From: Eledone cirrhosa
Taxonomy: Eukaryota
Assembly: GCA_964016885.1 (NCBI GenBank)
Contig: OZ024743.1
Location: forward strand, 235,786,001 to 235,850,000
Direction: 5' to 3'
DNA length: 64,000 bases
This document shows positions 1 to 14,260 of this stretch, piece after piece. The position numbers and the translations under genes are program-made. The notes beneath the pieces were generated by a model. The model was not told the origin of the DNA. It made no database searches and saw nothing but the letters and a program-made list of their open reading frames with translations. Every line of letters begins with the position of its first letter. The first letter of the stretch is position 1.

Positions 1-213
1 AATTACACATAAGTAAGATAGACTAAAATATATGACAAACCCAGAGCAACAAGCACCAGGACATAACAGTGTTTACCAAATTAGAATTCAATAAATTAAA
101 ATGAAGCTGTTATTTACATTTCCTCTTTTCAAATTAGCATGTTTTCTACAGTAAAATAATCTTCCCACACTAAAATCAATCCTAGTTTGTTATCTGTCAC
201 ATTATATAAAGCA

Positions 214-3120
214 GCAGGAAATGCCAGTGGAAGGAAGCTGCAGAAGAGATAGACCAGGGAAGACCTGGGTAGAGGCTGTGAGAGAGACCAGAGAAGACCT
301 GGGCAGAGGCTGTGAGAGAGACCAGGGAAGACCTGGGCAGAAGCTGTGAGAGAGACCAGGGAAGACCTGGGCAGAGGCTGTGAGAGAGACCAGGGAAGAC
401 CTGGGCAGAGGCTGTGAGAGAGACCAGGGAAGACCTGGGTAGAGGCTGTGAGAGAGACCAGGGAAGACCTGGGCAGAGGCTGTGAGAGAGACCAGGGAAG
501 ACCTGGGCAGAGGCTGTGAGAGAGACAAGGGAAGACCCGGGCAGAGGCTGTGAGAGAGACCAGGGAAGACCTGGGCAGAGGCTGTGAGAGAGACCAGGGA
601 AGACCTGGGCAGAGGCTGTGAGAGAGACCAGGGAAGACCTGGGCAGAGGCTGTGAGAGAGACCAGGGAAGACCTGGGCAGAGGCTGTGAGAGAGACCAGG
701 GAAGACCTGGGCAGAGGCTGTGAGAGAGACCAGGGAAGACCTGGGCAGAGGCTGTGAGAGAGACCAGGGAAGACCTGGGCAGAGGCTGTGAGAGTGACCA
801 GGGAAGAGGCTGTGAGAGAGACCAGGGAAGAGGCTGTGAGAGACCAGGGTAGAGGCTATGAGAGAGACCAGGGAAGAGGCTGTGAGAGAGACCAGGGAAG
901 AGGCTGTGAGAGAGACCAGGGAAGAGGCTGTGAGAGAGACCAGGGAAGAGGCTGTGAGAGACCAGGGAAGAGGCTATGAGAGAGACCAGGGAAGAGGCTG
1001 TGAGAGAGACCAGGGAAGAGGCTGTGAGAGAGACCAGGGAAGAGGCTGTGAGAGAGACCAGGGAAGACCTGGGTAGAGGCTGTGAGAGAGACCAGGGAAG
1101 ACCTGGGCAGAGGCTGTGAGAGAGACCAGGGAAGAGGCTGTGAGAGAGACCAGGGAAGAGGCTGTGAGAGACCAGGGTAGAGGCTGTGAGAGAGACCAGG
1201 GTAGAGGCTATGAGAGAGACCAGGGAAGAGGCTGTGAGAGAGACCAGGGAAGAGGCTGTGAGAGAGACCAGGGAAGAGGCTGTGAGAGACCAGGGAAGAG
1301 GCTATGAGAGAGACCAGGGAAGAGGCTATGAGAGAGACCAGGGAAGAGGCTGTGAGAGAGACCAGGGAAGAGGCTGTGAGAGAGACCAGGGAAGAGGCTG
1401 TGAGAGAGACCAGGGAAGAGGCTGTGAGAGAGACCAGGGAAGACCTGGGTAGAGGCTGTGAGAGAGACCAGGGAAGACCTGGGCAGAGGCTGTGAGAGAG
1501 ACCAGGGAAGAGGCTGTGAGAGAGACCAGGGAAGAGGCTGTGAGAGAGACCAGGGAAGAGGCTGTGAGAGACCAGAGTAGAGGCTATGAGAGAGACCAGG
1601 GAAGAGGCTGTGAGAGAGACCAGGGAAGAGGCTGTGAGAGACCAGGGAAGAGGCTGTGAGAGACCAGGGAAGAGGCTATGAGAGAGACCAGGGAAGAGGC
1701 TGTGAGAGAGACCAGGGAAGAGGCTGTGAGAGAGACCAGGGAAGAGGCTGTGAGAGAGACCAGGGAAGAGGCTGAGAGAGAGACCAGGGAAGAGGCTGTG
1801 AGAGACCAGGGAAGAGGCTGTGAGAGACCAGGGAAGAGGCTGAGAGAGAGACCAGGGAAGAGGCTGTGAGAGACCAGGGAAGAGGCTGGGAGAGAGACCA
1901 GGGAAGAGGCTGTGAGAGAGACCAGGGAAGAGGCTGAGAGAGAGACCAGGGAAGAGGCTGAGAGAGAGACCAGGGAAGAGGCTGTGAGAGACCAGGGAAG
2001 AGGCTGAGAGAGAGACCAGGGAAGAGGCTGTGAGAGACCAGGGAAGAGGCTGTGAGAGAGACCAGGGAAGAGGCTGTGAGAGACCAGGGAAGAGGCTGAG
2101 AGAGAGACCAGGGAAGAGGCTGAGAGAGAGACCAGGGAAGAGGCTGTGAGAGAGACCAGGGAAGAGGCTGAGAGAGAGACCAGGGAAGACCAGGGAAGAG
2201 GTTGTGAGATAGACCAGGGAAGAGGCTGTGAGAGAGACCAGGGAAGAGGCTGTGAGAGACCAGGGAAGAGGCTGTGAGAGACCAGGGAAGAGGCTGTGAG
2301 AGACCAGAGAAGAGGCTGTGAGAGACCAGGGAAGAGGCTGTGAGAGAGACCAGGGAAGAGGCTATGAGAGAGACCAGGGAAGAGGCTGTGAGAGACCAGG
2401 GAAGAGGCTGTGAGAGACCAGGGAAGAGGCTGTGAGAGACCAGGGAAGAGGCTGTGAGAGAGACCAGGGAAGAGGCTGTGAGAGAGACCAGGGAAGAGGC
2501 TGAGAGAGAGACCAGGGAAGAGGCTGTGAGAGACTAGGGAAGAGGCTGAGAGAGAGACCAGGGAAGAGGCTGTGAGAGACCAGGGAAGAGGCTGTGAGAG
2601 AGACCAGGGAAGAGGCTGTGAGAGAGACCAGGGAAGAGGCTGAATGAGAGAGACCAGGGAAGACCAGGGCAGAGGCTGTGAGAGAGATCAGGGAAGACCC
2701 GTGAGAGAGACCAGGGAAGAGGCTGTGAGAGAGACCAGGGAAGAGGCTGTGAGAGAGACCAGGGAAGAGGCTGTGAGAGAGACCAGGGAAGAGGCTGTGA
2801 GAGAGACCAGGGAAGACCAGGGTAGAGGCTGTGAGAGAGACCAGGGAAGAGGCTGTGAGAGAGACCAGGGAAGAGGCTGAGAGAGAGACCAGGGTAGAGG
2901 CTATGAGAGAGACCAGGGAAGACCAGGGCAGAGGCTGTGAGAGAGATCAGGGAAGACCCGTGAGAGAGACCAGGGAAGAGGCTGTGAGAGAGACCAGGGA
3001 AGAGGCTGTGAGAGAGACCAGGGAAGACCTGGGAAGAGGTTGTGAGAGAGACCAGGGAAGACCTGGGAAGAGGTTGTGAGAGCTGACCTCAAATCATAAT
3101 GATGTTGATGATGATGATGA
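214..3120 (+). mobile_element. RTE LINE 3' fragment interrupted by an internally expanded minisatellite
   Basis: Bases from 215 translate QEMPVEGSCRRDRPGKTWVEAVR. Bases from ~3049 translate RPGKTWEEVVRADLKS* followed by a (GAT)n tail. Both match the RTE C-terminus CQEIPVEGRRSRGKPRKTWAEVVRADLRS seen at 10564-10944. Confidence 0.8.
251..3081. repeat. Minisatellite: 34-bp units grading into 24/22-bp units (AGACCAGGGAAGAGGCTGTGAGAG)
   Basis: Direct tandem periodicity: 34 bp up to ~790, then shorter deletion derivatives. Confidence 0.97.
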
Positions 3121-3195
3121 AATCAATGCCACCACTTTATCTAGATATGTTTGTCATGGAAAGGAACATTGTTTAGGATCTACCACATAGTAATG

Positions 3196-3440
3196 TGAAG
3201 GTACATGGCTTAGTGGTTAGAGCATTGGGCTTGCAATCGAATGGTTGTGAGTTCAATTCTCAGACCAGGTGATGTGTTGTTTCCTTGAGCAAGACACTTT
3301 ATTTCACGTTGCTCCAGTTTACTTAGCTGTAGAAATGAGATTATAGGACTGGGGTCCCTATCATTAAATTACCCAAGACACCTCCAATGAGATATACCAT
3401 GGAGGAGGCCAGCTAAACCTGCATAGGTGTGAGCTGTCAC
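3196..3440 (+). mobile_element. tRNA-derived CORE-like SINE, tail type B
   Basis: A box TGGCTTAGTGG, B box GAGTTCAATTC, CORE-like ccttgagcaagacacttt...cagctgtagaaatgag, and tail ggccagctaaacctgcataggtgtgagctgt. Confidence 0.8.
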
Positions 3441-3989
3441 ACACGCACATAGTAATGGTATCACTTCAACAGGAATAATGCAGAATCTGGTAAAAAATAC
3501 ATCTGAGGGGGAATTCAACCCAGTAACCTCCTTTTTATTTTTAATGAAATACATAACCTTTGATTTTTTAATAGATTTTTAAAATCAATAATTTGGAGCA
3601 ATGTGGTAAAATAACTTTCTCATTATCAAGCTGACGTTTGGAATAGAACTTAAAAGTTCTTACATAAAATTATGATTAAAGGTTTTCAGATAAATATAAA
3701 TACTTTAACCCTTTTATTACCACATTTCAAATGAAAAACACAACCTATGCTTTCAATAAATTTTTTTAAATAATCACAGATTTCAAAACATTTAGTGATA
3801 TAATTCTCATTATCATAATGGTGTTTGGAATATAAATTAAAAGTTCTTACATAAAATTATGATGGAAGGTTTTATTTTTTAGATGAATATTTTAGAATAA
3901 ACAACTGTGTATCATTGAACTAGAGGTGGTTTCTGGCAGTCTGGTATCAGAAGGATTAATAGTTACTCTCAAAGATAATATAACATCCT

Positions 3990-4470
3990 CACTGCTATCG
4001 GCGCAGTGTTGGCCACCCACGGGTGGGGGTCTGTAGCAGTGGAGACTTCTGGCATTCTGGGGTCCCAGGAGCACATCCCTATCATAGGGTGTTGGCCACC
4101 CACAGGTGGGAGGCTGTAGTAGAGGAGACTTCTGGTATTCTGGGGTCCCAGGACCACATCCCTATTGGAGAGTGTTGGCCACCCACAGGTTGAGGCCTGT
4201 AGCAGTGGAGCCTTCTGGCATTCTTGGGTCCCAAGACCACATCCCTACACACTGCTATCAGAGCAGAGTTGACTACCCGCAGGTGCCAGCCCTACGAGGT
4301 GGAGTGGCTGTTCCAGTAGGTCTCCCTTGCTATCCTCCAGGGCAATGTCTTCTCCATCCTGTTGGATGGGACCCTGAGGTGGAGGGTAAGTTAGTTGGTG
4401 GTGGAGGACACTCGTTCAGATGTCACGTTCTCTCTAATTTCTATTTGTAGGAATAGCTTGAATCAAAGAA
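3990..4470 (+). mobile_element. RLE-type (CRE-like) non-LTR retrotransposon 3' remnant with a 3x ~82-bp internal tandem
   Basis: Encodes a PVAVE(T/P)SGILG motif followed by EWLFQ..SLAILQGN. Homologous to 35780-36120. Confidence 0.6.
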
Positions 4471-5036
4471 TTGCATTGAATAATAAAGATTTTAAAACAT
4501 GAAATTCTTGGCAATATTCTTACAGAGTTTCAATTGTTTATTAAACATTTTGATATCAATCTCGTTCTATTGTGTTGTTGATGGTGATGATGTTAGTGGT
4601 GGGGTTGATGTTCATGTTCATGTATTGGTGGTGATGGTGATATTGTGGTAGTGGTGATGGTGGGGATGATAGTGGTAGTGGTGGTGGAGGTGATGGTGAT
4701 ATTCAGGTATTGGTAGTAGTGGTGATGGTGATATTCAGGTATTGGTGGTAGTGGTGGTGGTGATATTCAGGTATTGGTGGTAGTGGTGATGGTGATATTC
4801 AGGTATTAGTGGTGATGGTGATATTCAGGTATTGATGGCGCTGGTGTTGGTGTTTTTATATAAATGATTGTTCAGCTCAGAGACGAGAAAAGCTGTACAA
4901 ATACTGTCGATGCCAAAATAATATAGTTTGGAATCTCTCCCAGATGAATTAACCAATATTTCAGTAGAGAGGGGAGAACTAAAAGAAAGAGATAGGGAAA
5001 AATAAAGAGGAAGAGACAGATAGAGGGGGAGTTAGA

Positions 5037-5103
<67 letters not shown>

Positions 5104-5409
5104 CAATGTATCTGTAAAAGGAAAGGAGAAAGAAAATAAAGAAAAAGATATTTAGAGAGAGGGGGAGACCAATGTACCTGGCAATGTAAGCAGAGAAGGG
5201 GGGGGAGATCAATGTATCTGGCATTATGTCAGGCCCAACAGCACCAGTCAGAATATTCTAGAACTGTTGTAAAGAAGCTAAATGTCTTGGAGGGAATTAC
5301 AGAAAAAATAACTAAAGATTAAGACAAAAATAAATGGTAAAAAATAATGATGAAGCAAAGCGGGAATTAGCAAAATGTCTGAGAGAAACGGAGTGTGTCA
5401 TTAGTGTTT

Positions 5410-6495
5410 TTTGTTTGTCTTCCAGGCTGGCATGGGTTGGACAGGTTCTGTTCTAAGAGTATTTGTGTTTGATGACCATGCTATTGTCATACATTCCATT
5501 TTGGCACAGTTTCTACAGCTATATGCCATTTCTATTGCCAACCAGTTTATAGAGTGTACTGGGTGCATTTTACCATGGCACCACCACCACTATAGATGTT
5601 GTCATATCCTCATTTATACTAAAGTCCTCTCTAACCACCAACCATTTTACCATGGCACCACCACCACTATAGATGTTGTCATGTCCTCAGTTATACTAAA
5701 GTCCTCTCTAACCACCAACCATTTTACCAGGGCACCACCACCACTATAGATTTTGTCATGTCCTCAGTTATACTAAAGTCCTCTCTAACCACCAACTATT
5801 TTACCATGGCACCACCACCACTATAGATGTTGTCATGTCCTCAGTTATACTAAAGTCCTCTCTAACAAACCAACCATTTTACCATGGCACCACCACCACA
5901 GATGTCATGTCCTCAGTTATACTAAAGTCCTGTCTAACCACCAACCATTTTACCATGGCACCACCACCACAGATGTCATGTCCTCAGTTATACTAAAGTC
6001 CTCTCTAACCACCAACCATTTTACCATGGCACCACCACTATAGATGTTGTCATGTCCTCAGTTATACTAAAGTCCTCTCTAACAAACCAACCATTTTACC
6101 ATGGCACCACCACCACAGATGTCATGTCCTCAGTTATACTGAAGTCTGGTCTAACCACCAACCATTTTACCATGGCACCACCACCACTATAGATGTTGTC
6201 ATGTCCTCAGTTATACTAAAGTCCTCTCTAACCACCAACCATTTTACCATGGCACCACCACCACGAAAGATGTTGTCATGTCCTCAGTTATACTGAAGTC
6301 TGGTCTAACCACCAACCATTTTACCATGGCACCACCACCACTATAGATGTTGTCATGTTCTCAGTTATACTAAAGTCCTCTCTAACCACCAACCATTTTA
6401 CCATGGCACCACCACCACGAAAGATGTTGTCATGTCCTCAGTTATACTAAAGTCCTCTCTAACCACCAACCATTTTACCAGGGCACCACCACTAT
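5410..6495. repeat. ~72-77-bp minisatellite (~12 copies from ~5567) continuing from a decayed RTE 3'UTR-like fragment
   Basis: Tandem unit accattttaccatggcaccaccaccactatagatgttgtcatgtcctcagttatactaaagtcctctctaaccacca. 5410-5580 resembles the minus-strand RTE 3'UTR. Confidence 0.9.
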
Positions 6496-6557
6496 ATTTC
6501 AAACAATAACCGTACGAACATGGCAGATGCCATCTAAACTAATTTCTTTGCTTTAAA

Positions 6558-6970
6558 TAATGGTTTCTGATTTAGGCACAAGGTCAACAATTTTGAGGGG
6601 ATAGGAAAGTCAATTAAATCGACCCTAGTGTATTATTGGTACTTTATTTTATTGAACACCATAAGGATGAAATGCAAAGCTAACCTTGGCAGGATTTGAA
6701 CACAACATGTAAAGGGCAGTAACAATATGCCACAAAGCTTGTTGTTCAATGCTCTACCGATTCTACTGCCATCCCACTGCCCTACATAATAATTGTTTCT
6801 ACTTTTGACACAAGGCCAGCAATTATCTCAGTGCATTACTGGTACTTTATTTTATTGACCCCATAAAGATGAAAGGCAAAGTTAACCATGGCTGGATTTG
6901 AACTCAGACCACAAAGGGCCGCAACTCTATGCTGCAAAGCATGGCGTCCAACCCTCTACCAGTACTGCCA
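6558..6970 (-). mobile_element. Two tandem tRNA-derived Meta-like SINEs (long and short form)
   Basis: Reverse complement carries B box gagttcaaatc, central gcctttcatcctt..ggggtcgataaaataaagtacca, and tail ggccttgtgcc..aaattatt. Confidence 0.8.
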
Positions 6971-7164
6971 TAATAACGATAATATAAACAAGTGAACATT
7001 AAAAGTTGTAACATGTTCATTAGCAACAGATTATGACTATTATGTAAAATAAAATGGCCACAGAATGAAGAAGTACTAAATAAATAATGTTGAGTGTGGC
7101 TTCTTTCCAGAGTGTTCTGAAATAATTGCTTGGAAAAGTCAGGAACATCTCCAGGTATTCGGGC

Positions 7165-7537
7165 TATATGTGCACATATACAAACCAGTATGCATACACA
7201 CAAATACACATTCACACATACATATACACATGCTATATATATAAAAGCACATATGCATATATATTTATATATATATATACACATAAACACATGTGCATAT
7301 ATATATATACACATACATACATACACATATATATATATATATATACACATACATACATACACATATATATATATATATATACACATACATACATACATAT
7401 ATATATATATATACACATACATACATACACATATATATATATATATACACATACATACATACACAGGCGCACACATACACAAATATATATATATAGACAT
7501 ACAATGTGTGTATATATATATATATATATATACACAC
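7165..7537. repeat. (TA)n/(CA)n/(TACA)n compound microsatellite
   Basis: Seen directly. Confidence 0.95.
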
Positions 7538-7873
7538 AAAGTTATCAGTGAAAGTTTTTATTTTCTTGGCAAGTCAATACTGTATTGATACTGACTGTTG
7601 TAAAATGTCCAACTACAATTATTATCTTGTCAGCTACTGAATCAACTGTTTTGTTTAACCCATTTCCAATCCACATGAGACCACCTCTTCTGTTTCTGTC
7701 AGTGAAAAACACACATACTTTAAACTGTTCATATTTTAATTAAAACTTTCCATTATAATTTTATGTAAGTATTTTTATGTTGAGTTATGTTTCAAATGCC
7801 AATTTAATAACATTTTTTTAAAATTAAATCCATTCAAATTTTTGATTGTTTGATCAATCAATTGCATTGATTG

Positions 7874-8113
7874 TGAAGGCACATGACTTAGTGGTTAGAG
7901 CATTGGGCTTGCAATCGAAAGGTTGTGAGTTCAATTCTCAGACTGGGTGATGTGTTGTTTCCTTGAGCAAGACACTTTATTTCACGTTGCTCCAGTTTAC
8001 TCAGCTGTAGAAATGAGATGATAGGACTGGGGTCCCTATCATTAAATCATCCAAGACACCTCCAATGAGGCCAGCTAAACTTGCATAGGTGTGAGCTGTA
8101 ACAACAACAACAA
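7874..8113 (+). mobile_element. CORE-like SINE, tail type B ending in (AAC)n
   Basis: Near-identical to 3196-3440 and ends gagctgtaacaacaacaac. Confidence 0.85.
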
Positions 8114-8520
8114 CATTGATTGACAAGATCCCAGACCTTGCTTAACGAGTCTTTCCAATTTCTGACACTATCTCCCAATCACAACTCCTGACAAAAAAAA
8201 AGCAGGGTATCAAATTTCCAGCCTCATCATTGAGAATCCAATTTTCTAACTACTCAGCCACAAGCCTTCACTTCCAGCCTCATCATTGAGGATCCAGTTC
8301 TCTAACCACTCAGCCACAAGTCTTCACTTGATTATGCTACAAATAATTAAAAGACATAGTCACTATATCAAATGTCTATACCTGGGTCAGATGTGCCATA
8401 CTCATGTTAATTCAAATATTTATTGACAGATCTTGATGAAAATTTGTAGTGTCAGAGTAATGACTTTAATTAAAACACTACAAGAGACTAGAGTACTAAA
8501 CACACACACACACACATATA

Positions 8521-8895
8521 TTATCATCATCACCGTTTAACATCCATTTTTCCATGCTATCATGGGTTAGATGAGTTGTCCCATTGTGAGACAAGTCAGG
8601 TCAGATGACCATGTCTTGCTCATATAGAACTATTTCTGGCTTGGTTTCTATGGCTGGATGTCCTTCCTAACTCCAACCACATTTACAGTGTGGACAAACA
8701 TCCAGCCCACACATATATAAGCACCTAGTCCACACTGTAAATGTGGTTGGTGTTAGGAAGGGCATCCAGCCATAGAAACCTAGCCAGAAGCAATTCTATA
8801 TGAGCAAGACATGGTCACTTGACCCAACTTGCCTCTAATGGGACAACCCTCCTAACCCATGCTAGCGTGGAAAATGGACGTTAAACGATGATGAT
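8521..8895. mobile_element. Inverted pair of RTE 3'UTR fragments (tails pointing outward)
   Basis: 8521-8695 is the approximate reverse complement of 8728-8895, and both carry (GAT)n tails. Confidence 0.85.
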
Positions 8896-8911
8896 ATATA
8901 TAATATACTTA

Positions 8912-9196
8912 CATCATCATCATCATCACTGTTTTACGTCTGTTCTTCCACGCTAGCATGGGTAAGACAGGTTGTCCTGTTGTGGGCCTCGGCTGACCAT
9001 GTCTTGTTCATACAGGAACTGATTCTGGCTTGATTTCTACAGCTGGATGCCCTTCCTAACCCCAACCTCATTTACAGTGAGTACTCGGTGCTTTTTTTCC
9101 ATGGCACCTACACGTCTACTTTACAGTGTGGGCTGGGTGCTTTCTTGCCGTGGCACCTCCATGGCCACTTTGCAGTGGGGGGGGGGGGGCATATTA
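8912..9196 (-). mobile_element. RTE LINE 3'UTR fragment
   Basis: Matches 18061-18350 of the long RTE copy. Confidence 0.88.
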
Positions 9197-9238
<42 letters not shown>

Positions 9239-9241
<3 letters not shown>

Positions 9242-10521
9242 GGCGTGGACGATATTTGTTCGCAATTTTCAATTGCTAATTTTATGCAAATATTTTTTAC
9301 TTCCGTTGTCACTCTAGTCTTCATAAAAACAGTGACTATATTTCCATTATTTATTTTCAGAATAATTGATTATGAACAATTTTGAACCTCCAAATTTGTG
9401 GAAGAGATACGGAGTTCTTCTTGGAATCCGCGCTGGGAGGACAAATAAGGAAATTTCAGACTTTCTCAGCATCAGCAGGAGAATGGTTGGAAAGGTCAGA
9501 AAGGAATTGGAAGTTTCAGGATTCGACTTCGAAGCAACATCAGACAGGAAAACATGTGATCGATGATCTGACGCCTACAGAACGCCCGAGTTCGTCGCTG
9601 AAGTTCAGGATATCATCAACAATGAACCTAGCGAAGTCGATGCGTGCCATTGCAAGGGAGAAAGGCATGGATGAAAAGCTCATTAGGCTGGTGGTATATG
9701 AAGACATTCACTACGTTTCATACAAGATGAGAAAAGGACAATTTCTGTCAAAGGTGATGCAAGAAAAGCGACTGAAGCACGCAAAGAAGCTGATCAACAA
9801 GTTGAAACACCCACTGGAGCCAGACGAGAAAAACTTCTGCCAAGACCAGAAGATCAACTCCCAGAACAACAGGTGGCTCGCTGTCTCATCCAAAGACGTG
9901 CCCAGAGTGCAGACAAAATTTCCAGCGACAACATTGGTCTTAGGTGTCGTCAGCAGTCAAGGTGACGTCATGCCACCTCACTTCTTCCCTGAGGGCTTCA
10001 AGCTGAACACCGATGGTTACATCCGCGTTCTGAGCGAGGTAGTAAAGCCCTGGATCGACCAGGTAGCTGCAGGTAGGCCGTACATGTGGCAGCAAGACTC
10101 AGCGCCCTGCCATACCAGCCAAAAGACCCAAGCCTGGCTGTCGGAGAACTTCGTCGACCACATTTCATCTGACATCTGGCCTCCCAGCTCGCCTGACTGC
10201 AACCCCCTCGACTTCTTTGTGTGGGCGCAGTGGAACGAGACACCAACAGATCTAGCTGCAATACAAAAGACGATCTGAAGGCCAGGATCACAAGTGCCTT
10301 TAGGAGCCTAAGTCTGGGAACAGTGAGGAAGGCCTGTAGCCGGTTCCGAGACCGACTTGAGGCCGTTATCAAAGCCAATGGTGGGTTTATCGAGTGAAAT
10401 CGAAAGAACAAGTCATGAAGACAAACTGACCCAAGTTTGATAAATATATCTTAAAAAATAAAACTACTGTGTTATTTTTTCCTAGACAATAATCTTGTGA
10501 ACAAATATCGTCCGTACTCTG
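9239..10521 (+). mobile_element. Tc1/mariner DNA transposon, DD37D (maT) family, full length but decayed
   Basis: Imperfect TIRs CAGGGCGTGGACGATATTTGTTCGCAA / revcomp CAGAGTACGGACGATATTTGTTCACAA, with TA on both flanks. Length 1283 bp. Confidence 0.93.
9372..10397 (+). pseudogene. DD37D transposase pseudogene
   Basis: HTH-like N-terminus, DEKNF, and QQDSAPCH...WPPSSPDCNPLD with 37 residues between the 2nd and 3rd D. C-terminus reads ACSRFRDRLEAVIKANGGFIE*. Premature TGA at 9564 and frameshifts near 9630 and 10225. Confidence 0.92.
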
Positions 10522-10530
10522 TATATATAT

Positions 10531-10960
10531 GGTAGTGAGACATGGGCAGCAACTGCAGAGGATATGCAACGGCTGGAGAGAAATGAAGCCAATATGTTTC
10601 GTTGGATGTGCAATGTCAATGTGCGTGAACGACCAAGTATGGATGAGTTGAGAAGGAAACTGGGTATAAGAGGGATAAGTTGTGGTGTGCAGGAGAGAAG
10701 GCTGAGATGGTATGGACATGTGATGCGCATGGAGGACGACCGCTGGGTGAAGAAGTGCCAAGAAATCCCAGTAGAAGGAAGACGCAGTAGAGGTAAACCA
10801 CGTAAAACATGGGCGGAGGTGGTGAGAGCAGACCTCAGATCGCTGAAACTGACTGAGGAGATGAGGAAGGACCGTGACAAGTGGAGAGATGCTGTGCTGA
10901 ATAGGACCCGTCCAACCCTTGCAAGCAGGGTAAAGCGGACGTAAAATGATGATGATGATG
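10531..10960 (+). mobile_element. RTE LINE 3' fragment (short-UTR subfamily)
   Basis: Encodes GSETW...ERRLRWYGHVMRM...RGKPRKTW and ends in a (GAT)n tail. Confidence 0.92.
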
Positions 10961-11010
10961 ATATATATATAACATAGCTCACTACAATAATACGCTACAG
11001 TACTCAATAT

Positions 11011-11349
11011 CATCATTCATCATTTCATTTTACGTCCGCTTTTTCCCTGCTTGCAAGGGTGGGACGGGAACTGATTTTGGCTTGATTTCTACAGCTGGAT
11101 GCCCTTCCTAACACCAACCTCATTTACAGTGAGTGCTGGGTGCTTTTTTGCCGTGGCACCTCCACGACCACTTTACAGTGGAATGATAGGGACCCCATTC
11201 CCTATCATCTCATTTCTACAGCTGAGTAAACTGGAGCAATGTGAAATAAAGTGTCTTGCTCAAGGAAACAACACATCACCCGGTCTGAGAATTGAACTCA
11301 CAACCTTTCGATTGCAAGGCCAATGCTCTAACCACTAAGCCATGTGCCT

Positions 11350-11352
<3 letters not shown>
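11011..11352 (-). mobile_element. CORE-like SINE with RTE-derived tail (type A), flanked by a ~40-bp duplication
   Basis: tRNA-like head at 11280-11352 and RTE 3'UTR at 11011-11180. Flanks 10971-11010 and ~11408-11447 are near-identical. Confidence 0.9.
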
Positions 11353-11387
<35 letters not shown>

Positions 11388-11799
11388 TATATATATATAT
11401 ATATAAAATATAGTTCACTACAATAATACACTACAGTACTCAATATATAAATAAAAACGTGTGTTTTCCATTGTTTTCCCCAGGAACTCCATTTAGAAAA
11501 AGCTGCCATATAACATATTGATTGTGCCAAGACTAGTGCAACTATGGTAGAACTGCATCAATAGACATGGAATGGAGGTTGGTAGCAGTATGTGTGTGGT
11601 TGTGTGTGTGTGTGTGTGTGTGTATGTGTGGCTCTGTGTAGCTGTGTGGCTGTGTGTGTATGTGTGGCTCGGTGAAGCTGTATGGCTATACTGAAAGGAG
11701 AGTGTGTGTGTATGTGTTATGTGTGTGTATATACACACAGAGACACAGACTCACATCTGCATGTGTGTGTGTGTGTGTGTGTGTGTGTCAGGTTCAATT

Positions 11800-11894
11800 G
11801 GGGGGGAACTACAGTAAGGTACTCAATACATAGAGATTTAGTATAGAAATGGCTTCTACAGGACTAGAACTGTTTCAGTCCTGTAGAAGCCATT

Positions 11895-11900
<6 letters not shown>
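11800..11900. mobile_element. Penelope-like repeat remnant with fold-back
   Basis: Homologous to 52878-53060, with 24-bp inverted arms. The family assignment is an inference. Confidence 0.45.
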
Positions 11901-13920
<2,020 letters not shown>

Positions 13921-14260
13921 CATCATCATCATTTTACGTCCGCTTTTCCCTGCTTGCAAGGGTGGGACGGACATTGATTCTGGCTTGATTTCTACAGCTG
14001 GATGCCCTTCCAAACACCAACCTCATTTACAGTGAGTGCTGGGTGTTTTTTTGCTATGGCACCTCCATGACCACTTTGCAGTGGAATGATATGGACCCCA
14101 GTCCCTATTATCTCATTTCTACAGCTGAGTAAACTGGAGCAATGTGAAATATGAAATAAAGTGTCTTGCTCAAGGAAACAACACATCACCTGGTCTGAGA
14201 ATTGAACTCACAACCTTTCGATTGCAAGGCCAATACTCTAACCACTAAGCCATGTGCCTC
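13921..14260 (-). mobile_element. CORE-like SINE with RTE tail (type A)
   Basis: Same structure as 11011-11352. Partially duplicated at 17192-17443. Confidence 0.9.

Noticed and set aside
3516-3895. AT-rich TTAACCC-initiated repeats (also ~7656, 26162-26359, 34150-34380, 42303, 59600), possibly piggyBac-like MITEs
   Set aside because: Clearly repeated but too decayed to define both TIRs and TTAA duplications by eye.
5567-6495. Regularly spaced repeats resembling a CRISPR array (also 44425-45412)
   Set aside because: The whole unit repeats with no unique spacers, there are no cas genes, and the context is eukaryotic.
7111-7154. Possible plus-strand 44-nt exon (ttctttccag...CAG|gtattc)
   Set aside because: Isolated, with a weak donor and no partner exons on that strand.
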